The notes: generated from the sequence alone by a model not told the origin. Counted from the whole stretch's first letter, positions 47,566 to 60,939 are shown. The stretch is DNA of 63,256 nt, filler included, from Basidiobolus ranarum (GCA_040143965.1; 44 parts of 44 records of this genome joined end to end with filler, not necessarily neighbours in it), one strand, 5' to 3'. A program made the numbers and translations.

Positions 47566-48902
47566 AGTACCAGTTGAGGTTCGCAAGCTATGAGTTTTAT
47601 TTGCTGGTGTTTTGGCTTGTTGAGAGGTCTTCTGACTGGTGTACCTAGAACCATGGTAAAATTAAGCTTTTTTGCCAGTATATCTGACTCTGGAAATGCA
47701 GATCTTCATAATGCTGTGAAGAACTTGATAAGTGGGACAGTAGAGCCTAAACTGACTGGCTCCTTTGCTTTTCCCATGGGGTTACTAACTTCCTGCTCCT
47801 TAAGTACTTCTTTAGCTGCTTTTCTTTCTTTTCCAAGTCATTAATTAGGTACATCTTTCAGATGTTTCATGAATAGGCCTATACTAGCCCAATTGCCATT
47901 TGCTTGCAAAGGCCCATGATAAGCAACATAAAATAAGTCAAGAACCTTCAGAGCAATGCCAGGTTTTTGGGTTTTCAATGGTTGGCTCAAATCTAGGTGA
48001 TTTAGGGCAATATTCCACACAGTTTCCAAAATGTTTAACCACTCATCATCAGAGCAAGTGATGGCAGTTCTGATATTTGGTGTCTTTTGGTTTGCTGGTT
48101 TTACTAAGAGAATTCTACTTACATGTTCCCAAGCAATTTCAGGTTGTTATGGAGGCTTAATGGTCAAACATATATTCTGCTCAACCAGATTGTTATTGTG
48201 ACATTCACATGCATGGTGAGTGATTGATTGAAATCCTGTATGAGAATGGATGGAGTGAGCAGCATGTTGCTGTAGCTCAAGTACAGCATTCTGATGGTCT
48301 TGTGTCATTGTTGAGTGACTCCCTAACTGTTGACTAGTTGCTTCCAAATGGTGCATTAATTAAGATATTACAGTGTTATTACTTGTCATGGCCTGTATAG
48401 CAACCTTGTAGTTTTTACTTATGATTGCATACATATCATTATGGTGTTCTGCCTGCAATTCCCTTATTGTAATAAATCTATCCAAATTTTCTGTGGAGGG
48501 TTGTTCAATAGTGGGCAAAGTAGCCATTTTTGAAGTTGATGGTCTTGACAGTGTTTTGGTTAAACTTTGCTCAACTATTGATGTACTATGTAATTGAGGG
48601 ATTACAATCTCTTTGCTTGCACTATTGCCAGAAAGGAACACATCTGGTAAATTGATTAATGCTTCATCATTACTTGAGTTAGTTTTAGGTATATTAATGC
48701 CTTCAAAAGTGGATAGTGGATCACTAGACTGCTCAGCAATTAAGTCCTCTGTTCTTGCTGGCTTTTTTCCTTTTGTGCCAGCAGCCTTTGGCTTGGAAGC
48801 TAATTTTAACTTAGATTTTGAATGCTTTATGTATGGCATTGAAATTTTAAGATGGTAAGCTTGGTGTAATGAGATTGGTTAGAAACAGTTTATAATAAGC
48901 CA
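47566..48902 (-). mobile_element. CACTA ORF2 N-terminal two-thirds (ATG 48839)
   Basis: MPYIKHSKSKLKLASKPK...ANGNWASIGLFMKHLK. Confidence 0.85.
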
Positions 48903-49002
48903 NNNNNNNNNNNNNNNNNNNNNNNNNNNNNNNNNNNNNNNNNNNNTTAATTAATTAANNNNNNNNNNNNNNNNNNNNNNNNNNNNNNNNNNNNNNNNNN
49001 NN

Positions 49003-49314
49003 AAAGGGGCCAGCTATTGGATACACCTCCAACTTTTGCACTCTTCCAACTGGTATACTTGGTTGCATGGTAAAATCAAGCCTTATTGCCAGTATATCTG
49101 CTGATATATTTGACTCCAGAAATACAGATCTTTGTAATGGTATGAAGAGTTTGGTAAGTAGGACAATAGAGTCTAAAATCACTGGCTCCTTTACTTTTCC
49201 CTTGGGTTTACTAGCTTCCAGCTCCTTGAGTATATCCTTAGCTGCTTTTCTTTCTTTTCTAAGTCCTTAATTGTGTACATTTTTGAGATGTTTTGTGAAT
49301 AGGCCTATACTAGC
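49003..49314 (-). mobile_element. CACTA ORF2 fragment
   Basis: Aligns to 47650-47890. Confidence 0.8.
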
Positions 49315-50031
49315 TGTTATGCACCAACATAAAAGGTTGTTTACCTTACACCATATCTATATAACTTGCATGAATATCTGTTTAGTTTATCATCATTGCT
49401 AGCTAGTCACCTGACCTTCTCCAGTGACCCTATCCTGTGACTTATCACATGACTAACTTTCTATTCTCTTATCTCTTCTATCTATGGTTTGCTCGGCACT
49501 TTCACTTCTAATATAAGGAATAAAAAACATTAAAGTACCTTCAAACTCCTCTCTCAAGGCACATTCATGGCACCTCCCAAAGTTATAGAAATTTCTCGCT
49601 GACATATCGAACGATCACTAAAATGATATGCTCTATCAAATATGTAATAATGCCAGATGTATTACAGCACTGCTCATATTCTTCTTGCTTAAACTTATTG
49701 TAGGTAGCCACTAATAACTATAAATATCATGATGTTTCATCAAGAGATGGAGATTTTTTGCACAGGAAGAAACTATACCCTAGAAAGCTTCACGGTTACT
49801 TTTTCTTTGTAGATTAGATAGCATGCGTACAATGATATTGTAAAGTATAAGATGGTACATTTTACTTCACATATACACAATGTTATCATGACAATATCAG
49901 ACCTAATCCACTATAATGCTTGTATTTACTAAGTCGGAGGACATGGATTCAGCTCAGAATAAATGGTGCAATACGTATGTAAGAGACGCAGTCACAATTG
50001 TAATGTTAGGAATGGATCATTCTGTAGGAAC

Positions 50032-50339
50032 CTAACGCTTTCTTCCTAACACTCGATCCAGATTAAAGGCAGCTGAAATTAATGCGATATGGGTGAAAGC
50101 TTGAGGGAAATTACCTAAGGATTCACCACCTTTGTTAATCTCTTCCGAGTAAAGAGAAAGATGGTTAGTGTATCCTAACATTTGTTCAAAAATCACCATG
50201 GCATGATACAGCAGCGCCTTGTCATATGTACCAGCTCTTGTCAATGCCTCGACTAGCCAGAATGTACACAATGAGAAACTCCCCTCTTCACCACCAACCC
50301 CATCATTTGCAGATATATGGTTGTATCTATACACCAGAT
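50032..50339 (-). CDS. Glycoside hydrolase family 15 (trehalase/glucoamylase-like) C-terminus
   Basis: [40 protein letters not shown]. Confidence 0.92.
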
Positions 50340-51349
50340 NNNNNNNNNNNNNNNNNNNNNNNNNNNNNNNNNNNNNNNNNNNNTTAATTAATTAANNNNN
50401 NNNNNNNNNNNNNNNNNNNNNNNNNNNNNNNNNNNNNNNGCATGCTCCTTGGAGCTGACTCTTCTCCTGACATAAAAGCTCACTGGTTGGCTTGGTTGAA
50501 TCAGGTAAATCACATGCTATGATGCATGATAAAGCAGGCCATCCTCTTTCTAGTTCTCCATTGACTGCTTGCCCTTCATCAAAAAAAGGAGAAACAATGT
50601 GGACTCTTCCAAGCTGGCATTGCTGTTAATGTTTACTACTAGCTGATGAACCAACTTTTTAGGCTCTTGCCCTTGTTGGAGATGTTACCTCAATTCTAGT
50701 GGTGAGTTGTGTAGATTCCTCTTGTGAAATAGATACCTTTACTCTAAAGCAGAGAAGAAAGTTGCTTCCACTTTTGTCTAATGCCCCCTTCCCCAGCTTC
50801 TGTCAAGCTTATTAATAACTCCCATATATCCAAGCAAGAATTCATAGTGGATACCTAGGGATCTGTAAAATCATTAGGCATGCACTGCTTTGTGCCACCC
50901 ACACCTTCATTTGACTGTGCATGTGAAATTTTGGAAGTGGTGGTTTCCTGTACTAAAGTAGGTTGTGAATCAGAAAGAATATGTTTTGATATGATACATA
51001 AGTACAATATATATCTATGATGTTAGACTTTATAGGTTTCAATCAGATTTAGGGATCTTTTTATAGTATTAGTTAAAATGTCAAAGTTAATTTCCTATAG
51101 TGTGCTCAAGCTTAATGCATTCTGCTTTGAGCTGTTTTGATATGTATGCTAAATAAATTGATTTGGATCACACTATAATTAACTTTGCTGATGCAGCTTA
51201 TTATATAATTTCCATGCAATTAAACATAATTGAAATAAGTAGGATAATAAACATAAACATCAATTTTATTATACAGAATGTAGGGAATTTTACCATGATA
51301 ATTAAAATTCTTAGATAAATACCTTGTGGGCACCAGATCAATCAGTATC

Positions 51350-51775
51350 ATGCCAGCTTAGTACAAGATTAATATCATGCTCTCCATCTACTCTAAATGG
51401 TCATTCCTCATTAATCCAAAAGCAACTACTGGCTTTCCTATCACCACCCTAGAAGCTATTTTTGGGAAATACTGTGGCTTGTATACTCAAATACCTACCA
51501 GAAAGCAGCTAGTCAATTTGTTTTGTTACTACAAAAACTATTGTCCAATCAGATTTCAGTGCACTATTAATGGTAGCAAAAGTGGGAGAAGCTTCCATAC
51601 CAGGCTTCAAGTAAGTGAGAATTATCTAGCTTCTGTGATGAATGATGTTGAAGATGCCTGGGACAAAAGATTTAGAGACTCTAATTTCCTTCCATTTCCT
51701 GGAGTATTTCCCAATAGAGTTCATATCAGAAGTATTCTTGACACATTTCCAGTCAGAATTAACAGGCCCAAAAGC
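51350..51775 (+). mobile_element. Probable IS5/PIF-Harbinger/ISL2EU-type (DDE_Tnp_4) transposase N-terminus
   Basis: LF.YYKNY helix, then ILDTFPVRINRP (first catalytic D); CpG-depleted contig. Confidence 0.55.
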
Positions 51776-51875
51776 NNNNNNNNNNNNNNNNNNNNNNNNN
51801 NNNNNNNNNNNNNNNNNNNTTAATTAATTAANNNNNNNNNNNNNNNNNNNNNNNNNNNNNNNNNNNNNNNNNNNN

Positions 51876-52859
51876 TATTTTTACCAACTTAGAAGTTCTT
51901 GGATATATAGATTCTTCAAGCTTGTGCTAGAAGCCCCAAGCTCTGCACACATATTCCTGGGACCTTCCTAACACAGTCTACATATTAGTTTGTTTACATC
52001 TTGACAGAGCTATAAATGTTAACTTTCTACTCAATAAATCTATAAGTGCAAGCCCCCAATTCCTCTAATTCTCCAAACCACTTCCAATAGGCTCCCAGAT
52101 ACTTTAACAGGTTGTGAACCCCAAGCTTCCACTATCTGTAATTTCTACTTCTCAAATTTATGGAACATTCCCCTCTTCTGAAAAATTAGATGGAACAAAT
52201 TTTCAAGTTTGGAAAATTAAAAAGAAAATGCTGCTATAAGAAAAAGGACTATGGGACACTGTTGTAGGAGAAGAAATCAATGCAAAACAATCTGAAAGCA
52301 AAATTTAGTCCAAGTTAAAAAAGAATAAGGTGCCTTTAACACAATTTGTCTTAATGTTAAAGACAAATAGCTAATTCAATGTACAAAAGCTAAAACTGCC
52401 AAGAAGGTATGGAAAGCCTTAGAAGACACCTACCAAACAAGTTCTGCTGCAAACTAGATGTTTCTAAGAAGACAATTCTTTAACTTAAAGATGAAGCAAG
52501 GAGAATACATTAAATCACCAATTAATAGAATCACTATTTGAGTGGATGAAACAGAATGGATAACAGTACCTACTACTGATCAAGATATCATAGTTACAGC
52601 CCTGAATAGCCTGCAACACAAGTTGCAGAGCATAGTACTGGCTCTAGAATCAAGAACTGAAAGTTTGACCCTAAAGTATGTATTTGGCAGCCTCTTGGAT
52701 GAAGATTTATGAAAGCAGTATCCAACCAAAAGAATGAAGAAAATGCTTTAATAGGCTATGGGAAAGCTTCCCGTAAAGGTCAAAAGAACTTTAAGAAGAA
52801 AAGTAACACATTCTGTGATTACTATAAGAGAACTGGCATTTAAGCAAAGATTGCTTTAA
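51876..52859 (+). mobile_element. Copia family A 5' end: LTR to 52109, decayed half-tRNA PBS 52110-52121, degenerate gag
   Basis: ...TTTAACA GGTTGTGAACCC; EKLDGTNFQVWKIK. Confidence 0.9.
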
Positions 52860-53211
52860 CCCTAACAGAAATTTGAGGATTGTTGTTGTAGGTAAATCAT
52901 AAAATTGTCAAGTTAGATTTGCTGTTAACCAATTTTTTCTGTTTCAGCAGTGAAATTTCAAGATCTCACAAAATAGTTGCAGATGATTGGCTATAATCTC
53001 AGAGAACTATGGATCAACACATGGGCAAAAAACATGACTCAAACTTTACACAATTCCCACTTGAATGCTGATTTGTCACCTTCAAAATCCCTAGTCTCTT
53101 TGATATATTCTCCTGAATATTTGTATAGAGATCTTTATACCCAAGGTTGAGCTCATAACCAACACAAGTTTGTATCAATATCTCCATCAAAGCCCACCAT
53201 TGTATTAATGT
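52860..53211 (+). mobile_element. CACTA terminus L into the ORF2 3' end
   Basis: CCCTAACAGAAATTTGAGG. Confidence 0.85.
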
Positions 53212-53311
53212 NNNNNNNNNNNNNNNNNNNNNNNNNNNNNNNNNNNNNNNNNNNNTTAATTAATTAANNNNNNNNNNNNNNNNNNNNNNNNNNNNNNNNN
53301 NNNNNNNNNNN

Positions 53312-54647
53312 AATATTGTTCCAAAACTTGATTGACTCATTCTGTTTGGCCAACAGATTGGGGACGTAAGGCAGTAGAGAGATTGGCAGAGATACCCAAC
53401 TTATGGAGGATACTTTTCTAGAATTTGGAAGGAAACTGAAGTTCTTGGCCAGAGATGATAGTTTCAGGGAGTGCATATAGGTGGAAGATATTTTGAGTTA
53501 CCCATTCTGCTGTTTATTTTGCATCAAATGACTTGTTGCAGGGCACAAAGTGGGCCATCTTTGTTTGACAGTCAACATTTACCAGAATTGAATCATATTT
53601 GGCAGACATGGATAGATCAGTTAAGAAATCCAGGGATATGGATTTACACTGCTGATCAAGAATTGGAAGTGGCTGCAGGAGACCATAGGGCTGATGTCTT
53701 GGAGTCTTCACTTGAGCACAAGCACCACAGGTGAAAACATAGGTCTTGACAAATGCAAACATTTTGAGCCAACAATAATTCCTGGATGCCAATATGTATG
53801 GTTTGGCAACACCAAAGTGTCCTGCTATTGGTAAGTCATGTCTTTCGTGCATGATTTTGAGTCTAGAAGTGTGGTCTGGAATGTAAAGGTGCTTCTTATA
53901 AAACAATGGATCAATGATGATAGAGAAGTGGTGGTACATGTTCAAGTTTGAGAGGTCTTTTGGTGCTTCCTGGGCTTTCTTGATTGATATTACCAATAGG
54001 TCTTCAGATTGAAATATGCAGATGTCTTCATGCAATGTGCTTGAACTAGGCAGAGAAAGGGCAGGTGCACTAATTTGAAGTTGGTGGGGTCTTCAGTAAG
54101 GAAGCACTTTCTTGGCCAAAGGCCCCATCCCTTTTTTAGGCTGATATTCTGCTCTACAAGATGAGGTTTAAGGTTTTACTTGCTGGCTACCTGGTCAATA
54201 TGTAATCACAAAATCAAAACTGGCAAAAAATAAAGACCATCTTGCTTGACAATGGTTGAGAACTGTGGTTGTACTAAGATACTGAAGGTTCTTGTGATCA
54301 GGATAAACTGTGATTTGGTGATTTGCTCCATCCAAGTATTGATGCCATTGTTCAAAGTGGTTCTTGACAAACCATTGGTTAAAGTTACAAATCCAAGGAA
54401 AGATTGGACATCCTTCACATTCTTGCAAATATCCCAAGACAGAACAGATTCAACCATCTTAGGGTCCTTAGAGATGCCTGATGGGCTGATATTAGATCCA
54501 AGGAATTCAACTTGAGCTTTATCAAGTTCACATTTGTCAAGTTTAGCATAGAGCCCAGAGGTTTTCAACTTTTCTAGGACTTGGGAAACATGAATATTAT
54601 GTTCTTCTTGAGAGCTTGAGAAGACCAAGATATCATCAAGGTAGATT
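53312..54647 (-). mobile_element. Ty3/gypsy RT (RNase H partly deleted) and integrase
   Basis: HD.PIAGHFG, CGAC, PYGLLQPLP, ISLDF. Confidence 0.95.
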
Positions 54648-54747
54648 NNNNNNNNNNNNNNNNNNNNNNNNNNNNNNNNNNNNNNNNNNNNTTAATTAAT
54701 TAANNNNNNNNNNNNNNNNNNNNNNNNNNNNNNNNNNNNNNNNNNNN

Positions 54748-56057
54748 TTTTTGTCATCATCTGAGGTCATTTTGGGTGAAAATTTTTCATTTTCATTAAA
54801 AGAACACCCCTGGACTTGATTAACTTGGAAATTTTGGTATCATAGAGTTTGTAGGCCATAGTATGAGTACAATAACCCAGAAATATGCATTTCTTTCTTT
54901 TTGGATCAAATTTTGACCAATTTTTGGTCATAATTTTGACATAAACAATGCATCCAAAGATCCTCAAATGTTTTACATCATGCTTAACTACAAACCAAGT
55001 TTGATATGATGTAGAGTTAGACAGACTTCTAGCAAAACACCTATACTTCAAATGTATAGCTGTAGCAACAGATTCTGCCCAGAAGTTATGAGATAAATTT
55101 TGTGCATTTATCATAGATCTTGCCATTTCAATCATAGTCCTATTAGCTCTTTTAGCAACTCCATTTTGTTGAGGTGAATAGGGGGCAGTAGTTTCTTGCT
55201 TAATTCCATGAACTTTGCAAAAGTGCTTAAATAGTGTTGAAGTATATTCCCCACCATTATCAGTATGTATTTTCTTGATTTTAATTCCAGTTTCAGTCTC
55301 CACAAGTGTTTTAAAATCTGTAAGAGTACAGAGAGCTTCTACTTTGCTTTTCATAAAGGAGACCCAAGTGTATCTTGTATAATTATCAATAAATATGTTT
55401 AAATATCTTTTTGTGCCCAAAGATAAATGTTGCATTGTTCCACACAAATCTGAATGAATTAGATCCAATTTTTTGACAGATTTGATTAAACCAGAGCTCT
55501 TGAACAGTTGCCTGGCTTATTTTCCATATATACAACCCTCACAAATTGCCATTTTGGTTGGGGGAGGGGGGTTAATTTGAATTCCAGAAATTAGGCAATT
55601 TTTGATCAATTTGCTCAAATAATCAAATTCAATATGGCCAAATCACTTATGCCATATTTGAATAGTTTCTTGATTGGAATAACTTATACTCACATAAATC
55701 TCTTAGATTATTTGTAAGTTTGTATAAGTTTTGATCCTTTTCTCCCAAAGCCAAATAATTCCCATTTTGATCAGTGATGGTGCATCCTGACTTATCAAAA
55801 TTGAATTTTAGCCCTTCTGAGGTGGCCTTGCATATAGATATTGAGTTCTTGGGAATATCTGGAACATGTAGTACATCCTTAAAAGTATATATTTTCTCTT
55901 TAGAAGCTCCAGTTAAATTTGACTTGAATTGTTCCCATTCCAATAGCATCCAATGTGTGGTCAACTCCCATGAAAACCTTTCTATTTGGGATTTTTTCAT
56001 ATTACACAAACCAATGATTTTCATTTGTGAAATGTTGGGAAGCTCCAGAATTAATAT
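54748..56057 (-). mobile_element. Ty1/copia PR-integrase
   Basis: LIHSDLCG, HTDNGGEY, PYSPQQNGVA, KCIFLGY; an LTR A start follows at 56058. Confidence 0.95.
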
Positions 56058-56238
56058 TGTTGAAATTAGCTTTGCCTAAACACNNNNNNNNNNNNNNNNN
56101 NNNNNNNNNNNNNNNNNNNNNNNNNNNTTAATTAATTAANNNNNNNNNNNNNNNNNNNNNNNNNNNNNNNNNNNNNNNNNNNNTACCCGTATTATATCTC
56201 CGGTTCACACGTGTGGCGGGGCGGGTGGTGTTCTTTAT

Positions 56239-56523
56239 TCACGTTATATTGCTGGGGGGGGGGGGGTAAGAAGTATTTCCGTAAGCAGGTTGTGGTGGAT
56301 ATTGAGGCTGTGGGGGATAATTGTTATTGTAGTTCGAACCTTGCTGAGGTGGGGGAGGGTAGGAAGTGTTATTATAAGGTTGAGGCTGACTAGGATAACC
56401 TCCATATGAACCCCCTTGTTGTGGTGGTGGTGCAGGGTATCCCCCACCACTATATGGTGGGTTTTGTTGTGGAGGTGGAGGGTAGTAGCCTGAGTGCTGA
56501 TTTGCGTAAGGGTACTGGGACAT
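56239..56523 (-). CDS. Pro/Gln/Tyr/Gly-rich N-terminus of an unidentified protein; frame probably breaks at a C13 run
   Basis: MSQYPY...YPPPPQQ repeats, as in annexin, peflin, metacaspase or Pns1-type N-termini. Confidence 0.6.
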   Translation of the reverse strand: MSQYPYANQHSGYYPPPPQQNPPYSGGGYPAPPPQQGGSYGGYPSQPQPYNNTSYPPPPQQGSNYNNNYPPQPQYPPQPAYGNTSYPPPPSNIT

Positions 56524-57245
56524 TATGAAGGATGACCTAGCGAGTGAAATTCCAAGAGGCAATTGAAGATGTCTTCTAACGTTGGTTATTTCAAAATAGA
56601 TACTATTAAATCAAGTTTTTCGACCGATAGGGCTGAGTTAAATTCGTATATCTGAAAGTAACGAATAGAAGGTGCGAAAGAAGGAAATGAAACTTAAATA
56701 CCTGGCTCTGTGGAGCCAAGAAACAATCACCAAAAGCGCCAAGTGTAGTGCATTACAGTCATGTGACCTAAACAATCATCCGCTCAGAATATCTTATATA
56801 CTGAGAATTAGCATGAATTTTTCCAAATGTTTATATGTGGCTACACTACTTCATTTTGCCCCGTCATAACTATGATCACGTAATGTCTACAATACTAACC
56901 ACAAATAGGAATAATTTCTGAATCATACATTACTGTGATTGCGCCTTTAAGTAGGGCAAAATACTAGTATTGATTACAGTTATTTCTATATTCAACTGTG
57001 AGTGAATTTTCTATTTCTAAGGACATTGGTTATTTGTTGTTAGCACAGTTACTTCATAATCATGTGTGACATATGTATCTACATCTCAATATCAGTCAGC
57101 AACTTGATGTTTGACTACAAACTTCATGTAGTATGTATCGCTTATATCAGAATATCACTTTTTCTTTCAAATATCCCACTGCTTGAGCTTGTATAGCCAC
57201 TATGTATCATTGCCAATTACCATTGATGTTGAACATATATGTATT

Positions 57246-57503
57246 TGTTGAAGTATTTTGGGAGTTTGTTGGCAGTGGTTCGTGTTAAAGTATTTGGGAG
57301 CCTGTTGGAAGTGGTTTGGAGAATTAGAGAAATTGGTGGTTTTCACTTGTTGATTTATTGAGGTGAAAGTTGCCATTTATAGTTTTGTCAAGATGTAAAC
57401 AAACTAGCGTGTAGAATGTGTTAAGGAAGGTCCCAGGAACATGTGTGCAAAGTTTGGGGCTTCTTTGAAAAATCTATATATTTGAGAACCTCTAAGTAAA
57501 TTC
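57246..57503 (-). repeat. LTR A (from 57283) inserted near the end of an older A-like LTR (57246)
   Basis: Two TGTT(G/A)AAGTATTT termini 37 bp apart. Confidence 0.8.
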
Positions 57504-57618
57504 CTTATGATAATCATGNNNNNNNNNNNNNNNNNNNNNNNNNNNNNNNNNNNNNNNNNNNNTTAATTAATTAANNNNNNNNNNNNNNNNNNNNNNNNNN
57601 NNNNNNNNNNNNNNNNNN

Positions 57619-58469
57619 TCCAGAGTCAGACATACTGGCAAAAAAGCTTAATTTCACCATGGAACCTGGCACACCAGTTGGAAGAGTGCTAAAGTTGGAT
57701 ATTTATCCAACACCTGGCACCTCTCAACAAGCCAAAACACCAGTAAATAAATTCACAGCTCTCCAACCGCAACTGATACTTCTCAAAGTGTTGAAATTGG
57801 TCACAAAGTTAAAGGGAAGCAAGAATCCACACAAACACTGCAAAGCACCCTTGGTGGTGTCAAACTACAATGACATATGAAACAGTAAAAGTGCTTGGGG
57901 AGTATTTTCAAAAGTATGAAGGGAAAGATACAGTTCAAGTATGCAGAAAGTGGCTTTGGAAGAAGAACATTCAACTTGACATTCAATTTGGTGCTGACTG
58001 TGCAAATATCTGGGGAGATCTTAATACTAAGTGGCTCAATAATGCAGGGTATCCACCAGACAGCTGGAAGAATGTTGATTCAGCAATGTTAATACAATGG
58101 TGGGCTTTGATGGAGATATTGATACAAACTCATGTTGGATATGAGCTAAACCTTGGGTGTGAAGAACTCTATAAAAATATTCAGGAGAATACATCAAAGA
58201 AACTAAGAATTGTCAAGGTAACAAATTTGCACTCAAGTGGTAAATGTGTAAAATTTGAGTTACATTTTTTGCACATGTGTTGATCCATAGTTCTCTGATA
58301 TTGTAGCCAATCATGTGCAATCGTTTTGCAAGACCTTGAAATTTCACTTCTGAAACTGAAAAAATTGATTAAAATGAATTTAACTTGACAATTTTATTAT
58401 GGTAAGTAAATAGTCAAATTAAAATGTGATGGTTTTTCTATGATAACAATCCTCAAATTTCTGTTAGGG
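57619..58469 (+). mobile_element. CACTA ORF2 C-terminus (stop 58283) and terminus L
   Basis: LIQWWALMEILIQT...FLHMC*, then ...AAATTTCTGTTAGGG. Confidence 0.88.
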
Positions 58470-58583
58470 ATCTGCTGTGCCCTCCCTTCTTAGCAATCTT
58501 GTGTTAGTTCTTCCAGGTTATCTTATATGGAAGTCATGCTCTTTGGAACATTATGTGAAACCTGACCAATCATGTCATCCTAC
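58470..58583 (+). repeat. LTR E fragment between two CACTA ends
   Basis: Aligns to 28426-28540. Confidence 0.8.
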
Positions 58584-58953
58584 CCCTAATAAAATTGATA
58601 TGTTCTGGATCAAATCCACACACCAAAATAGCAAACCATCAGAGAACCATCACAATTTTGGTGGCTTGCATTCTGCCAGGGATTTTGATGGTGTGATTGC
58701 AGTTTCCTGATGGTATTTTGATGGTATTCATATATGTTAAAACACTGATCCTCAAATTTGTATGCATTACTTGATATCTGGCAATTTTTGAAAAAATATA
58801 ATTTTCAAATGGCAAATGACTGGGTTTACTGCTCTATGAATTTGATTTAATATGCATGCCATTATTTAGATATCTTAGGCTTTGTATTCCAGCCATAATC
58901 AGAATCAAAAAATAAAAGAATCTTGTTGTGTTTAGTCTCTACATATGCACATA
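58584..58953 (+). mobile_element. CACTA terminus R
   Basis: CCCTAATAAAATT; aligns to 61114-61490. Confidence 0.8.
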
Positions 58954-59053
58954 NNNNNNNNNNNNNNNNNNNNNNNNNNNNNNNNNNNNNNNNNNNNTTA
59001 ATTAATTAANNNNNNNNNNNNNNNNNNNNNNNNNNNNNNNNNNNNNNNNNNNN

Positions 59054-59542
59054 CTTTCATACTCGAAGTATCTCAAAGCCTTGGAACCTTTCTACGAAAA
59101 AGCTGATCCTGAGTTTGTTAACCTAAGAACCAAATGTAAGGAGATTCTTCAATTGGAAGAAGATTTATCAGAAATTGTTCAATTGGTCGGTAAATCTGCT
59201 CTTGCTGAAACTGATAAAATCACTTTGGAAGTGGCTAGAATTATCAAGGATGATTTCTTGCAACAAAATGGTTACTCCTCCTATGATCGTTACTGCCCCT
59301 TCTATAAGACCGTTTGGTTGCTACGTAACATGATTGGTTTCTACAGCCATGCTACACACGCTGTTGAGGTCACCAATAACCAAATTACCTGGGCTAAGAT
59401 TCGTGACAACATGTCAGATGTTCTTTACAAGCTTAGCTCCATGAAGTTCGAAGACCCTGCTGATGGTGAGGAAGTATTGGTCGAACGCTTTGCAAAATTG
59501 AACAAGGAAATCGAAGAACGTTTCAGACAGCTTATTGACTAA
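59054..59542 (+). CDS. VMA1: V-type ATPase catalytic subunit A, C-terminus
   Basis: [48 protein letters not shown]. Confidence 0.97.
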   Translation, partial: LSYSKYLKALEPFYEKADPEFVNLRTKCKEILQLEEDLSEIVQLVGKSALAETDKITLEVARIIKDDFLQQNGYSSYDRYCPFYKTVWLLRNMIGFYSHATHAVEVTNNQITWAKIRDNMSDVLYKLSSMKFEDPADGEEVLVERFAKLNKEIEERFRQLID

Positions 59543-60488
59543 GTATGTCAAATGTACTTCATCGATTTTTCTCGATTTCTTTCCTTAACATCATCCTTTA
59601 GCAATCGCACTCATCCCATGCTCCCTCACTATTATTCCAAAAATTCACTTTCCCCATAACATTATTTCACTAATTTAGTCAATTAATGCAGCAATACCAC
59701 GGAAATAAGACATGGGCGAATACCACCATTTTGCCATTTCATCTTCATTCTACCATATAATTTCATTCGTACTCTTGATTAGTCTTCTATTCTCTCATAA
59801 ATCAAATAAACCATTCCAATTGAGAACCCTCTATATTTTGCATACCAAAATTACTGAATACCCAATCTGGTGGCGAATATACAATATGGATTATAATGTG
59901 GATGGGAGATTGACCAACAATAAATGTAGATTTGGTTTGTTCTTTAATGGTATTCTTTTGTGAAGTTGTCCATGTTACTACTATTCTATAACCAGCTAAA
60001 TACGAAGAAAACAAAAAGGTATCAAGATCGAGGTGTAACAAAGGAAGGATGTAATGAAATAAAGATTAGGAAGTTATGAGAGGAAAGAATCCAATCGATA
60101 ATTCGAATAATTCTTTTACATTCAATATTCCGAAGTAAAAGGAGATACAGTAGGAATTCATAAGTGAATTTCTTATTTAATGAAAACCGAATGTTGACTT
60201 TTTAATGGATATAGAGAAAAAAGAGAAAATCTTTTCGAGAATAAGAATAATAAAAAAGGTGGAATTTGATAAACTGAGATTTTTGAACATGAAAAGAAAG
60301 GGTGTTGGAAGAAGTTATGCCAGGTAGCGTTTTTCAAATATTTATACACGGTTATTGGTGGCGTTGTTGTTGTTGTTACTGTTGTTGTNNNNNNNNNNNN
60401 NNNNNNNNNNNNNNNNNNNNNNNNNNNNNNNNTTAATTAATTAANNNNNNNNNNNNNNNNNNNNNNNNNNNNNNNNNNNNNNNNNNNN

Positions 60489-60939
60489 GTGGCACAATAT
60501 TGCAGGGTATCCATCAGATAGCTGGAAGAATGTTGATTCAGCAACATTAATACAATGGTGGGCTTTGAGAGAGATATTGATACAAACTTGTGTTGGGTAT
60601 GAGCTAAATCTTGAGTAAGAAGAACTCTATAAATATATTTAGGAGAATATATCAAAGAAACTAGGAATTTTTAAGGTTACAAAGTAGCATACAAGTGGTA
60701 AATGTGTGAAATTTGAGTTATGTTTTTTGCACATGCATTGATTAATAGTTCACTTAGACTGTAGCCAGTCATGTGCAACTAATGTGTGAGATCTTGAAAT
60801 TTCACTCCTGATACTAAAAAAATTGATCAAAATCAAATCTAACATGATGGTTTCATGATGGTAAGTAAACTGTCAATCCCAAATGGATTACAGCTGTGAT
60901 GGTTTTCCTACAATAACAAATGTCAAATTTCTGATAGGG
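60489..60939 (+). mobile_element. CACTA ORF2 3' end plus terminus L
   Basis: Ends AAATTTCTGATAGGG. Confidence 0.82.

Noticed and set aside
49315-49604. Possible solo LTR (TGTTATG...TGACA with TATA and AATAAA)
   Set aside because: Single copy in this window, no clean TSD, and the interrupted CACTA sequence does not resume.
52856-52870. piggyBac assignment for the CCC-starting element (TTAA|CCC here)
   Set aside because: The other nine ends lack TTAA, and the linked transposase has EnSpm/Tnp2 motifs.
59054-59542. VMA1 intein
   Set aside because: The known insertion site lies upstream of this fragment, so it cannot be assessed.
59712-60041. Short ORFs downstream of VMA1
   Set aside because: AT-rich UTR or intergenic sequence with no motifs.
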